A DNA stretch of 61,438 nt, the filler included, from an uncultured virus (IMG/VR IMGVR_UViG_2061766007_002631) (taxonomy: Duplodnaviria; Heunggongvirae; Uroviricota; Caudoviricetes). It is 7 parts of one record of this genome, joined end to end, with 100 filler letters (N's around TTAATTAATTAA, not from the genome) between each part and the next. Parts side by side here need not be neighbours in the genome. Positions count along the whole stretch, not along the records: positions 10,496 to 14,538 come from IMGVR_UViG_2061766007_002631; positions 14,639 to 44,850 come from IMGVR_UViG_2061766007_002631; 5 more parts are not named here. One strand, 5' to 3'. Position 1 is the first letter of the stretch. Every line of letters starts with the position of its first letter. A program made the position numbers and the translations under genes. Below the pieces are notes generated by a model, which searched no databases, was not told where the DNA came from, and saw only the letters and a list, made by a program, of their open reading frames with translations. Below are positions 10,860 through 21,390 of the stretch, piece by piece.

Positions 10860-11444
10860 ACCTTCGCGCTGGAAGACACGGCGGCTTTCGTGGCGATCTT
10901 TCGGCTATGTCCCGCACAACGCATAAAGGATTGGTTCAGGGGCATCCTGCCAGGGGGCCAACCTCGGCCAAATCGGCCTTTCTGGCCATTCTTTGGCATA
11001 AAANNNNNNNNNNATGCGAACACCCGGTAAGAACGAGCAGGACGGGGATCGCGAGGGTAAGAAAGATTTCTTTCATGGTTTTAGCCTTTCAATAGTTGAT
11101 GGTGAAAAACGCTGCCAAGACAAGCAGGAACAGCACGAGCAGGAGGAATCCGAAGACGAACACAATAGCGAGGCTGGCAAGCTCATCCATTCGCTTTCGC
11201 CTGCTCACGCGCCTTCGTGCAGATCGGACATTCGCACGGAGAACACCAGGCGGGCCACCCGAAGAGTTCACAGTAGTTCCCGAAGCGCCGTGCCTGGTTC
11301 CAGACGATGTAGCGACGCGGATTGAAGAACGAGAAGGAACACTTGGCGACGGCCTTGCCGTTCCGCTTGAAGCGGGCATTGGATTCGGAGAACGAATCTT
11401 TCGTCTTGTCGCTTTCGTGCCACTCGACATCGTGNNNNNNNNNN

Positions 11445-11701
11445 TTGCGGTAAGGGTCTTGCCGTAACGCAGGGTAAAAGACGCCATCATGTGTTCGGGG
11501 TCGACACCGACGTCCACGCCGATACCGTCGCCATAGATGACGGAGTTATGTCCGCATGCGCTCAGGACGAGCAGAGCGGGNNNNNNNNNNATCGACACCG
11601 ACATCCACGCCGATGCCGTCGCCATAGATGACGGAGTTATGTCCGCATGCACTCAGGACGAGCAGAGCGGGAATCGCGAGGGTGAGAAAGATTTCTTTCA
11701 T
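11445..11701 (-). CDS. Phage lipoprotein N-terminal fragments (other starts at 11076 and 11858)
   Basis: MKEIFLTLAIPALLVLSAC / ...VLLVLTGC: signal peptide II with lipobox. Confidence 0.75.
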
Positions 11702-11869
11702 GTTTTTTGCCTTTCAATAGTTGATGGTGAAAAACGCTGCCAGGAGAAGCAGGAACAGCACGAGCAGAACGAAGCCGAAGACAAGCACAACAGCGAGGCT
11801 GGCAAGCTCATCCATTCGNNNNNNNNNNGATCGCGAGGGTAAGAAAGATTTCCTTCATTTTTTTGCCTT

Positions 11870-11971
11870 TCAATAGTTGATAGTGAAAAACGCTGCCAGG
11901 AGAAGCAGGAACAGCACGAGCAGGACGAAGCCGAAGACAAGCACAACAGCGAGGCTGGCAAGCTCATCCAT
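11870..11971 (-). CDS. 33-aa single-pass membrane peptide (copies at 11089-11190 and near 11713-11814)
   Basis: MDELASLAVVLVFGFVLLVLFLLLLAAFFTINY. Start overlaps the upstream stop; only conservative changes across three copies. Confidence 0.65.
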   Translation of the reverse strand: MDELASLAVVLVFGFVLLVLFLLLLAAFFTINY

Positions 11972-12474
11972 TCGCCTGCGCCTGCTCACGCGCTTTCGTG
12001 CAGATCGGGCATTCGCACGGCGAACACCAGGCGGGCCATCCGAAGAGTTCGCAGTAGTTCCCGAAGCGACGCGCCTGGTTCCAGACGATGTAGCGACGAG
12101 GATTGAAGAACGAGAAGGAACACTTGGCGACGGCCTTGCCGTTACGTTTGAAGCGGGCGTTGGACTCGGAGAACGAATCTTTCGTCTTGTCGCTTTCGTG
12201 CCACTCGACATCGTGTATCAGGGCGACCGGAGCAAGGCTTGGATGCAGGGAAGAAATGACCTTGCGAAGCCACTCCGGGAACGAATCGGGACCGATGCCG
12301 TTGTAGATCTTTGCCAGGTCCTCGAACGAGTACCGTTCGAGGATGTCCGTNNNNNNNNNNATTGTAGATCTTTGCGAGGTCCTCGAACGAGTACCGTTCG
12401 AGGATGTCCGTGTTCTCAAGATGGAACTTCTGAGCCTGATAGTACAGCTCAATGATGGTTTCGATGGAAGTCAA
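11964..12474 (-). CDS. Phospholipase A2-like (DUF1353-type) protein, TTG start
   Basis: AGGAGG RBS plus TTG (same at 9824, + strand). Motifs YNGIGP...VALIHDVEW...SNARF and a C-terminal CSPCECPIC. Second copy at 11183-11434. Confidence 0.55.
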
Positions 12475-12488
12475 GGTTATTCCTCCTG

Positions 12489-12944
12489 TCAATCGATTTC
12501 AATTCCAGCCAGCTGCCAGCATCGGTACCACCACTGAGGCTGTCCATATCCGATTTTGGAGCCAAAGTATTTGCCCTGCTCGTTGGCAGCCGACCACTGG
12601 ATGGCGAGGCTGTTCCCCATAACTGGGTTTGCCTGATANNNNNNNNNNTGCGAAAGCATGAGTGCCTGGACGGGGTTGTTCGCCACTGCCTCGGACTGGT
12701 CAAACAGCGGGATTTCATCCAGACCGCCGTGGAAGTCTTCATCCCCGATGAACTGGCCGATGGCGGCACAAATCGCTCGGAAGTATGCGCAGGCCGCCTC
12801 GAACTCCTGTTCCTGAGTCGGAGTACCGTCATCCGTGATGACGCCGCCAAGCAGCTCAAACAGCTCTTCCGTCATGGGGCTCATGTTCAGATACGGATCG
12901 GGCAGAGCCTTGAAGGTCTGCCCGTCGATGGTGTAAAGTTTCAT
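12489..12944 (-). CDS. Hypothetical protein directly after the last fibre gene (possible fibre chaperone)
   Basis: AGGAGG RBS, MKLYTIDGQTF...GQPQWWYRCWQLAG; homologous end at 9738-9805. Confidence 0.6.
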   Translation of the reverse strand: MKLYTIDGQTFKALPDPYLNMSPMTEELFELLGGVITDDGTPTQEQEFEAACAYFRAICAAIGQFIGDEDFHGGLDEIPLFDQSEAVANNPVQALMLSXXXXYQANPVMGNSLAIQWSAANEQGKYFGSKIGYGQPQWWYRCWQLAGIEID

Positions 12945-12958
12945 GGATTATGCCTCCT

Positions 12959-13291
12959 TTATGTCGTTGTCAGCGTACCGGAGCTTGTGAGTTTCGTGCC
13001 GGAACCGGAGATTGTCTTGCGCGCATTGCTGGTGATGATGGTGGCGGAGCCGCCCATTGTCCACGGATTCAGGTCATAATCTCCGGGTTCACCATGACCG
13101 ACAATGATGTTGGCTGCGGACATAACAGTGGCTGTTGTTGCATTTGTCAAATCAAGCACAGCCCCGGACGAGATATAAACCGTTGCCGAAGCACCAGCAC
13201 CCTGTGAAATCACACCGTCGAAACGGTTGGAACCGGCGAGAATAATCTGTGTTCCTTTGAACTCGGTAACTACGTTGTTTATGCCGGGACC
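12959..13291 (-). CDS. C-terminus of the last fibre-like gene (probably E); second copy at 14389-14538
   Basis: Beta-rich ATVYISSGAVLDLTN...TISGSGTKLTSSGTLTTT*. Confidence 0.6.
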   Translation of the reverse strand, partial: GPGINNVVTEFKGTQIILAGSNRFDGVISQGAGASATVYISSGAVLDLTNATTATVMSAANIIVGHGEPGDYDLNPWTMGGSATIITSNARKTISGSGTKLTSSGTLTTT

Positions 13292-13496
13292 NNNNNNNNN
13301 NATTATCGAAGAAAAGCGATTCTTTCTTCATATTTCTTTTTTCAATGCCTCATAATGAGGTTATTGAAATATCAAGTGTAAAAGCGAAGAAAAACGAGAA
13401 AAAGATTCGGAGCATGGTATTTCTGAATAGCAAGTCGGAATGCGAAGAAAAAGCGAAAAAAGATTTGCCCGGCATCCAGCCGGGCGTGTTCGATGT

Positions 13497-13912
13497 TTAC
13501 TCTTCTTTTCGGAAGGCTTCGATGATGTGGTGCGCGGCCGCGAACAGCTCTTTGGCAGTTTCGGTCATACCTTCGTCCTCGGCATAGATTTCAATCTTTT
13601 CGAGGTGTTCCTCGAGCTCGTCCAGGTCTCCGTTNNNNNNNNNNGTGGGCGGCCGCGAACAGCTCTTTGGCGGTTTTGGTCATACCCTCGTCCTCGGCGT
13701 AGATTTCAATCTTTTCGAGGTGTTCNNNNNNNNNNTTTGGCGGTTTCGGTCATGCCTTCGTCCTCGGCGTAGATTTCAATCTTTTCAAGGTGTTCCTCGA
13801 GTTCGTCCAGGTCTCCGTTCCAGACCTCGGAGATTCCGCTCGGTTCGCCCGTGGCCACACAGCAGATGCTGTCCATCGCGGCGATCAGGCTTTCGGTTTG
13901 CAGTCTTTTCAT
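13497..13912 (-). CDS. Small acidic hypothetical protein (three overlapping copies)
   Basis: MKRLQTESLIAAMDSICCVATGEP...EDEGMTETAKELFAAAHHIIEAFRKEE*. Confidence 0.65.
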
Positions 13913-13968
13913 GTTCGTTCTCCGGTTGGACATGACCCGCCAGGTGGCGGGCCATGCTGTTGGTGGGT

Positions 13969-14287
13969 TCAGTATTCGTCGCCTTCGCAGTCGAAGTCGT
14001 ACTCGTCTTCATCTTCGTCTTCGAAGAGGTCCACGTCGAACCAGTCCATGATGGTGGCGAGCAGGTGATTGTAGTCGCCCGAGGTCGCTTCCTTGTGGAA
14101 CTCGTCCCACATCTCCATCTTGCCCGCTCTCCGAAGTGCCTGGCGGCACCGACCTAAGCAGGCGAACGCGTTTCCGTCTTCTCCGACCATTTTCACTTTC
14201 ACNNNNNNNNNNTTGGCACCGCCCTAAGCAGGCGAACGCGTTTCCGTCTTCTCCGACCATTTTCACTTTCACGTTTGTTTTGCTCAT
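13969..14287 (-). CDS. Small conserved phage protein (VGEDGNAF...GDYNHLL motif) with acidic tail
   Basis: GGAGG RBS, MSKTNVKVKMVGEDGNAFACLGRC...ATSGDYNHLLATIMDWF; two overlapping contigs. Confidence 0.7.
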
Positions 14288-14638
14288 CTTGAGCCTCCGT
14301 CATTTTGGAGTTTTTGTTTGGTTCGCGAGCGGCCCGTGCCGCCCGCTCGACATCAATTAATTAAGCGCATAATTCGTTNNNNNNNNNNGTTTGTCAGGTC
14401 AAGCACAGCCCCGGACGAGATGTAAACCGTTGCCGAAGCGCCAGCGCCCTGCGAAATCACGCCATCGAAACGGTTGGAGCCGGCGAATATAATCTGTGTT
14501 CCTTTGAACTCGGTAACTACGTTGTTTATGCCGGGACCNNNNNNNNNNNNNNNNNNNNNNNNNNNNNNNNNNNNNNNNNNNNTTAATTAATTAANNNNNN
14601 NNNNNNNNNNNNNNNNNNNNNNNNNNNNNNNNNNNNNN

Positions 14639-14864
14639 CAGAATCCTGTTTCGCGGAGGATGTCGGATGCTTTCCAGAGGGCTTTCTTGGCGGCGGCCAC
14701 CTGCTTCTGTGCTTTCTTCAGTTCCTCGACGATTGCCATGTCTTGCGAGTTCCTGATGCCATCTTCGAGAAGGTCTATCACGCTCGTGAGGCAGTCCGAA
14801 GCTTCCCAGCCATCGCTGTGCATAGCCCCGGCGATTTTCTGACCGGCTTCGGTGTTCCAGAAGG
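14639..14864 (-). CDS. Hypothetical helical protein fragment
   Basis: Open frame FWNTEAGQKIAGAMHSDGWEASD...ILRETGF. Confidence 0.45.
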
Positions 14865-15243
14865 NNNNNNNNNNGCCGTCGTGTCGTCCAGCGCAAAGGC
14901 AAAAAAATGCCAGGCCTAACCGAGGTCAGACCTGGACAAAAAAAAGCCCGGCAAGGTTGCGCATGGCTGAGATCCAGTCGGAGGCGTAGCCGGGACCCCA
15001 GACGGTTCATTTGTCGATCAGAGCGTCGACCACCTTGTCAGGATCGGCTCCGGCTTCCACNNNNNNNNNNATTCGGGAATCTTGCATTCGATTCTCTTTT
15101 TCATGTTGCATCTCCTTGTTGTCGTGTGGGTCGCCCTATGCTTCCCGTTCTGTTGTTAATTTAGCGTACTATTCGTTAATAGNNNNNNNNNNNNNNNNNN
15201 NNNNNNNNNNNNNNNNNNNNNNNNNNNNNNNNNNNNNNNNNNN

Positions 15244-15457
15244 AGCGCCATTGGTGACGGTGGCATCAGTTTTCACTGTACCGAACTGGTTCGCACCAGC
15301 AGTCTGTGCGACAGCCTTGAGCGGCGAGCCGTTACCGCCTTGAATTTTAACGCCGTTTGACACCGTATCGTCTACAGTGGCACACAGGACAGGAGCCAGG
15401 GGNNNNNNNNNNGTCACCGCCTGTGTTTTTGATTTGGACTTTCTTGTTTTCTGCCAT
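15244..15457 (-). CDS. Tail fibre protein E, N-terminal fragments (second start at 16380)
   Basis: MAENKKVQIKNTGGD starts 16 nt after the gene D stop. The next contig has VDDTVSNGVKI..AVAQTAGANQFGTVK, similar to fibre C repeats. Confidence 0.6.
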
Positions 15458-15473
15458 GAAAAAAATCCTTCTG

Positions 15474-16364
15474 TTATTGGTTTGATCGACTGATGGCTAC
15501 GGAGAGTTCATTGTCGATGATCGCCAACGAATACACCGTGCCATTTGCTGTGAGTGATCCGTTCAATGCGAGGGTTCCGAGGCTAACGCCGTCATCCGTT
15601 CGCACCTGCATTTCTGTATTCCATGAGGAGCAAATTCCGCCAAGGGCGTACACCCCGGACGGCTGATCCTCAGCTACGGTCAGCGTGTGCGTGACCACAG
15701 CATTGTTGCTCCTCGATATTTTCGAGATATCGTTGAATCTGGCCGTGTCCCCAGGAGACATATCCGCGATACGGAAATCCAGAATGGCTCCGTTGTACAA
15801 AACAAGGCTTCCGCCGTTCAGAACACTGCATTGCCCCGTCAGCGTTCCCCCTTCGAAAGCGTGGAGCGAACCGCCGCTCGAAATGATGGCGTTGCTGACA
15901 TAATTGCCACTGTGGATCGTCGCCGACTGAGAAGCCGACAGTGTAAGATTCGGGATAACAGTCTGCTCGAACTGGCCGACAGCTCCGGTCGGAACACGAA
16001 CATATCCGCCGTATTCGACGATATTGGTGGCTGTGCCGCCTGACGATACGAACAGAAGACAACCCGTGTTTGCCGTTACATTTTCCAGAAGTCCGCCTTT
16101 TTGAACTTCAATGGTTCCTTTGCAGCAGTCCACATATTGAACGTGGCCCCCTGGAATGTACATGGTGCCCGGACTGTTCCAGGCGATGTCTGCGGCGGCA
16201 CCACCGGATGACACAGTGAAGTTGCCGGATGTTACCGTGATCCGTTTCGCGCTTCCGCCGCTCAGAACGCGGATAAAACCGGATGCTTCCTCAGCGTCCC
16301 GAAGCAAAGCGCCGGACGAAACGTAGATTGTTCCGTTCAACGCAACACGAGCAGCCGGTGGAAA
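15474..16364 (-). CDS. Tail fibre protein D, AIDA-like repeat C-terminal region
   Basis: V.SGG.A repeats (VLSGGSA, VSSGGAA, VSSGGTATNIVEYGGYV); ends LSVAISRSNQ*. Confidence 0.75.
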   Translation of the reverse strand, partial: FPPAARVALNGTIYVSSGALLRDAEEASGFIRVLSGGSAKRITVTSGNFTVSSGGAAADIAWNSPGTMYIPGGHVQYVDCCKGTIEVQKGGLLENVTANTGCLLFVSSGGTATNIVEYGGYVRVPTGAVGQFEQTVIPNLTLSASQSATIHSGNYVSNAIISSGGSLHAFEGGTLTGQCSVLNGGSLVLYNGAILDFRIADMSPGDTARFNDISKISRSNNAVVTHTLTVAEDQPSGVYALGGICSSWNTEMQVRTDDGVSLGTLALNGSLTANGTVYSLAIIDNELSVAISRSNQ

Positions 16365-16396
16365 NNNNNNNNNNCGCCATGTAAAAAATCCTTCTG

Positions 16397-17687
16397 TTAT
16401 TGGTTTGAACGGCTGACCGTCACGGAGAGCTCATTGTCGATGATTGACAAAGAGAACACCATGCCGTTTGCCGCGAGTGATCCGTTCAATGCGAGCGTTC
16501 CGAGGCTGACGCCATCGTCTGTTCGCACCAGCAGTTCTGTATTCCATGAGGAGCAGTTGCCGCCGAGAGCATACACCCCGGACGGCTGGTCTTCCGATAC
16601 CGTCAGTGTGTAAGAAACGACGGCGTTGTTGCTCCTCGATATTTTCGACGTATCATTGAATCTGGCCGTGTCTCCCGGAGACATATCCGCAATGCGAAAG
16701 TCAAGCACGGCTCCGTTGTACAGAACCATGCTTCCGCCGTTCAGAACACTGCATTGTCCCGTCAGCNNNNNNNNNNCATACACCCCGGACGGTTGGTCTT
16801 CCGATACCGTCAGGGTGTAAGAAACGACGGCATTGTTGCTCCTCGATATTTTCGTTGTGTCATTGATTCTGGCCGTGTCGCCCGGTTGCATGTCCGCAAT
16901 ACGAAAATCCAGGACAGCACCGTTGTACAGGACTAGGCTTCCACCGCTCAGGACATTGCATTGCCCGGTCAAAGTTCCGACCTCGAAAACATGGAGCGAA
17001 CCGCCACTCGAAATGGTGGCGTTGCTGACATAATTGCCGCTATGGATCGTCGCCGACTGAGATGCGGATAGAGCGAGATTCGGTATAACGGTCTGCTCGA
17101 ACTGACCGATGGCTCCGGTCGGAACACGAACATATCCGCCGTATTCGACGATATTGGTGGCTGTGCCTCCGGACGACACGAACAGGAGACATCCCGTGCT
17201 TGCCGTTACATTTTCCAGGAGCCCGCCTTTTTGGACTTCGATGCTGCCTTTGCGGCAGTCCAAAAACTGGACATGGCCGCCTGGAATGTACATGGTTCCG
17301 GGACTGTTCCAGGTCATGTCCGTGGCTGCTCCACCGGACGATACCGTGAAATTGCCGGATGTGACGGTAATCCGTTTCGCGCTTCCGCCGCTCAGAACAC
17401 GGATAAAACCGGAGGTTTCCTCCACGTCTCTGAGCAGAGCACCGGACGAAACATAGACTGTGCCGCTCACCGTGACTCTCGCTGCAGGAGGAAAGAAGTC
17501 NNNNNNNNNNNNNNNNNNNNNNNNNNNNNNNNNNGAAACGGCTTTCGATATGCCCGGAGGAATCCAGTGTCGGGACCTGCACGGCTGTCGTGCCGCCGAC
17601 GACATCCACCAGGTTGTCGAGAGATGCCCGTGGATACAGGTTGTCTCCAGCCGAGGACTTGAGTAAGATTTTCTTATTCTCAGCCAT
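16397..17687 (-). CDS. Tail fibre protein D with AIDA-like repeats (further copies, gapped)
   Basis: MAENKKILLK start at 17687, scaffolded to the same V.SGG.A repeat region. Confidence 0.72.
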
Positions 17688-17755
17688 AGAAAACCTTTCG
17701 ATTTGAGGTCAAACATGCCGGGGAACAAGTCCCCGGCACAAATGAGGTTCTGGAA

Positions 17756-19773
17756 TCAAGCCAGCTCTTCGTAGGTGATGTAGCCGGACAATCTGTTGTC
17801 GATGGCGGCCTTGACACCCGCACAGGTGACGGCCTTCGCCGTGTCGGTGCCGGTGGAAGCTTCGGTCGTACTGGCAAGGATGACCGTACCACGTGCGGAG
17901 GCGGTCGCAGCGGTCGCCGTGACCTTGATTTTCTTGGCATTGTCGGTCGAGCCATCCCATGCGAGGGCGACGCCGTTCGAAGCCGTGGTCGTGATGTCCG
18001 CGGAAATCACGTTGCTNNNNNNNNNNAGTGCCGGTGGAAGCTTCAGTCGTGCTGGCCAGGATGACCGTACCACGGGCGGAGGTGGTTGCAGCGGTCGCCG
18101 TGACCTTGATCTTCTTTGCGTTGTCGGTCGAGCCGTCCCATGCGAGCGCGACGCCGTTCGAAGCCGTGGTCGTGATGTCCGCAGAAATCACGTTGCTGGC
18201 AATCGCGATACCATTTCCAGCGGTCAGCGGAGCCTGGTAGTTGTGCGTGTGGGAAGTGTTCGCCTTCTTGTCCAGTTCGGTCTTCAGTCCCTTCGGGGTA
18301 ACGGCGACGGCTTCGCTGGTGCCGGTCGTGGCCTCGGTCGTAGTCGCCAGGCGAACAGTACCGACAGCCGCAGTCGTACCGAGGACGGCCACCGCGCTGA
18401 TNNNNNNNNNNGGAGATCGCGATGCCGTTTCCAGCGGTCAGCGGAGCCTGGTAGTTGTGCGTGTGGCTGGTGTTCGCCTTTTTCGCGAGTTCGGTGGCGA
18501 GTCCCTTCGGGGTAACGGCGACGGCTTCGCTGGTGCCGGTTGTGGCCTCNNNNNNNNNNGGTGCCGCTGTTCACTGCAATCTTGACGCCGTTGGATGCGG
18601 TCTCGTCAACCTGCAGGATACCCTTTGCCGTAGTGGAGCCGGTATTAACGGACAGAACCTCGCTGGCGATGCTGAGGCCGGTGCCGACCTTCACGCCGCC
18701 CTTGGTCGAACTGGATGCGGTCGGGAGCGAGTAGCTGTAGGTGTTGCTGACCGTGCCGTTCGAGATACTNNNNNNNNNNCAGACCCGCGCCGACCTTGAC
18801 GCCGCCCTTGGTCGAGGAAGATGCAGTCGGGAGCGAGTAGCTGTAGGTGTTGCTGATCGTGCCGTTGGAAATACTGATGTTCGTTCCGGGAGTCAGCGTT
18901 CCCTGCTTGGCGTCGAGGGCGTCCTGGAGGCCGGAGACGTTTGCGATGGAGTGCGTGTGGGAGCTTGCAGCCTTGCCGCCGAGGGCGGTGGCGACGGCCT
19001 TTTCGGTCGGGACGACGGTATCAAGCGCGGAACTCGTCGCCCGAACACTCGTAACGGTGGAGACCTGCTTGGAAATCTCCACCATCGCACTTCCAGACCA
19101 GCGGTAGATTTTGCTGTCCGCGAGGTTGACGTAAATCTTGCCAGTCTCCGGCGTGGTTCCGGTCGTTCCCCATGTGTTGGTCGCGGTCGCCGTATAGATT
19201 TTGAGGTTGCCGGACGCATTATTGAAGTACATGTCCCCGACGGCGCAGGTAGTCGGCGCGGTACCCGTGATCGCTTTCAGGTCGATGATGTCATCCACGT
19301 AACTCGGCAGATAGGAACTGTCNNNNNNNNNNGTCGAGGGCGGAACTGGTAGCCCGGACGCTCGTGACGGTGGAGACCTGCTTCGAGATCTCGACCATCG
19401 CGGAGCCAGACCAGCGGTAGATTTTGCTGTCCGCGAGGTTAACGTAAATCTTGCCAGTCTCCGGTGTGGCTCCGGTCGTTCCCCATGTATTGGCCGCAGT
19501 CGCCGTATAGATTTTGAGGTTGCCGGACGCATTGTTGAAGTACATGTCACCGATGGCGCAGGTGGTCGGCGCGGTGCCCGTGATCGCTTTCAGGTCAATG
19601 ATGTCATCAACGTAGCTCGGCAGATAGGAACTGTCGAGTTTGCCGTTGGCATCGAGGACGGGAACGCTGACGGATACGGTACTGCCGACGGCATCCACGA
19701 GGTTGTCAATGGATGTGCGCGGGAACAGGGCATCGCCCGAAGTGGATTTCAGAAGGATTTTCTTGTTTGCCAT
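17756..19773 (-). CDS. Tail fibre protein C (fragments of several copies)
   Basis: MANKKILLKSTSGDALFPRTSIDNLV...LPSYVDDII..., HTHSIANVSGLQDALD repeats, ends GYITYEELA*. Confidence 0.78.
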
Positions 19774-19866
19774 AAATGGTTTCTCCTATGATTTGAGGTG
19801 AAAAAGGACTCCGCCAGGCAGATTCGCCAGACGGAGCCGATGAATTGGATTTGTGTTCGGGTCAGG

Positions 19867-20997
19867 TCAGGAGACGACTTCGTAGATGANNNNNNNNNNN
19901 NNNNNNNNNNNNNNNNNNNNNNNNNNNNNNNNNNNNNNNNNNNNNNNNNNNNNNNNNNNNNNNNNNAGTGGCGGACAGGGACGCATTGTTGCCGTCAACG
20001 GTGCTTTTCGTAAGGACAACGCCCTTCTGGGAGTTGGTACTTTCTGCCACGCTGATGACGCCGTTGCTGACGGAAATATTCGACCCGATTTTCACGCCGC
20101 CGAGCTGGGATGCGCTCGCGGTCGCAATGGAGATGGAACCGGAGGCATTGTTGATGCCNNNNNNNNNNGGAGGCGTTATTGCCATCAACGGTGCTCTTTG
20201 TGAGGACGACGCCCTTCTGAGAGTTCGTGCTTTCGGCCACGGAGATCACGCCGTTGCTGACGGAGATGTTCGACCCGATCTTCACGCCGCCGAGCTGCGA
20301 TGCGCTCGCGGTCGCAATGGAGATGGAACCGGAGGCATTGTTGATGCCGGAGGTGGCGACCGCGGCGACTTTGACGCCGCCGAGATCGGACGCGGTGGCA
20401 GCGGGGAGCGTGTAAGCACCTGCGGCAACAAGGGCATCGCGAACAGCCTTTTCGGACGCGACATGATTGTCATCCGCGGTACCGGACACGCGAATGGTGG
20501 TAGCGACGGCGGGCATCTTACCGATTTCCGTCATCGTGCTGCCGGACCAACGGTACGTCTTGTTGTCGGCGACGTTGACGTAAATCTTGCTCTTTTCGGG
20601 CTCGACTCCGGTGGTTCCCCAGGTATTGGCTGCGGTGGCGGTGTAGATCTTCTTGTTCGTGGAGCCGGAGTTGAAATACATGTCGCCTGCGGCGCAGCTG
20701 GAAGGAGCCGTCTCGCTCACGGCGACGAGCTCGATCACATCGTCCACAAAGCTCGGCAGGTTTTCCGCCTTGATTTTGCCGGTACCGTCCAGCACGGGAA
20801 TGGAGACGACGGTCGTGAAGTCCTCACCCACGATGTTGTTGATGGATGTACGGGGGAACAGCTTGTTCCCGTTTACGCTCTTGAGTTGAATCTTTTGATT
20901 GGCCATAGGATTCCTCCTGTTAAANNNNNNNNNNCTCGTCCGGGGGAACAGCTTGTTCCCGTTCACGCTTTTCAATTGGATTTTTTGATTGGCCATA
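19867..20997 (-). CDS. Tail fibre protein B (fragments; starts 20907 and 20997)
   Basis: Same protein as 6830-8833. Confidence 0.78.
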
Positions 20998-21390
20998 GGA
21001 TTCCTCCTGTTAAAATGGTTTGTGCGCAATATNNNNNNNNNNCTCTGCCAGCCGCAAGTTCAGCGAAGCCGCAAGGAGGAAACTGGAAGCCGAGCTGAAC
21101 GGCGAGTTCGAGAGCCGGGTGGTCTCCACGCTGGAGCAGTTGACCGGCTCATCTGGGACTGTGCAGGCATCTGTGGAATAGACCCGAACGGATTCACTCT
21201 CCGCGAACTCGTCCGCATGACGGAAGCCCGCGGAAGGTTCGAGTGGGGGCAGACAGCGTCCTTGATGGCTCTGATTGCCAATGTTCTTCGTGACCCGAAG
21301 AAGAGCAGGACCGTGAAGCCGAGCGANNNNNNNNNNGGCCGGATTAGGCAGAATGGCATGATTCAATGTGCAGAACAGGAAAGGAACAAC

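Noticed and set aside
15474..17500. Diversity-generating retroelement or shufflon acting on fibre tips
   Set aside because: No reverse transcriptase or invertase is visible, and differences between copies are mostly third-position rather than adenine-specific.
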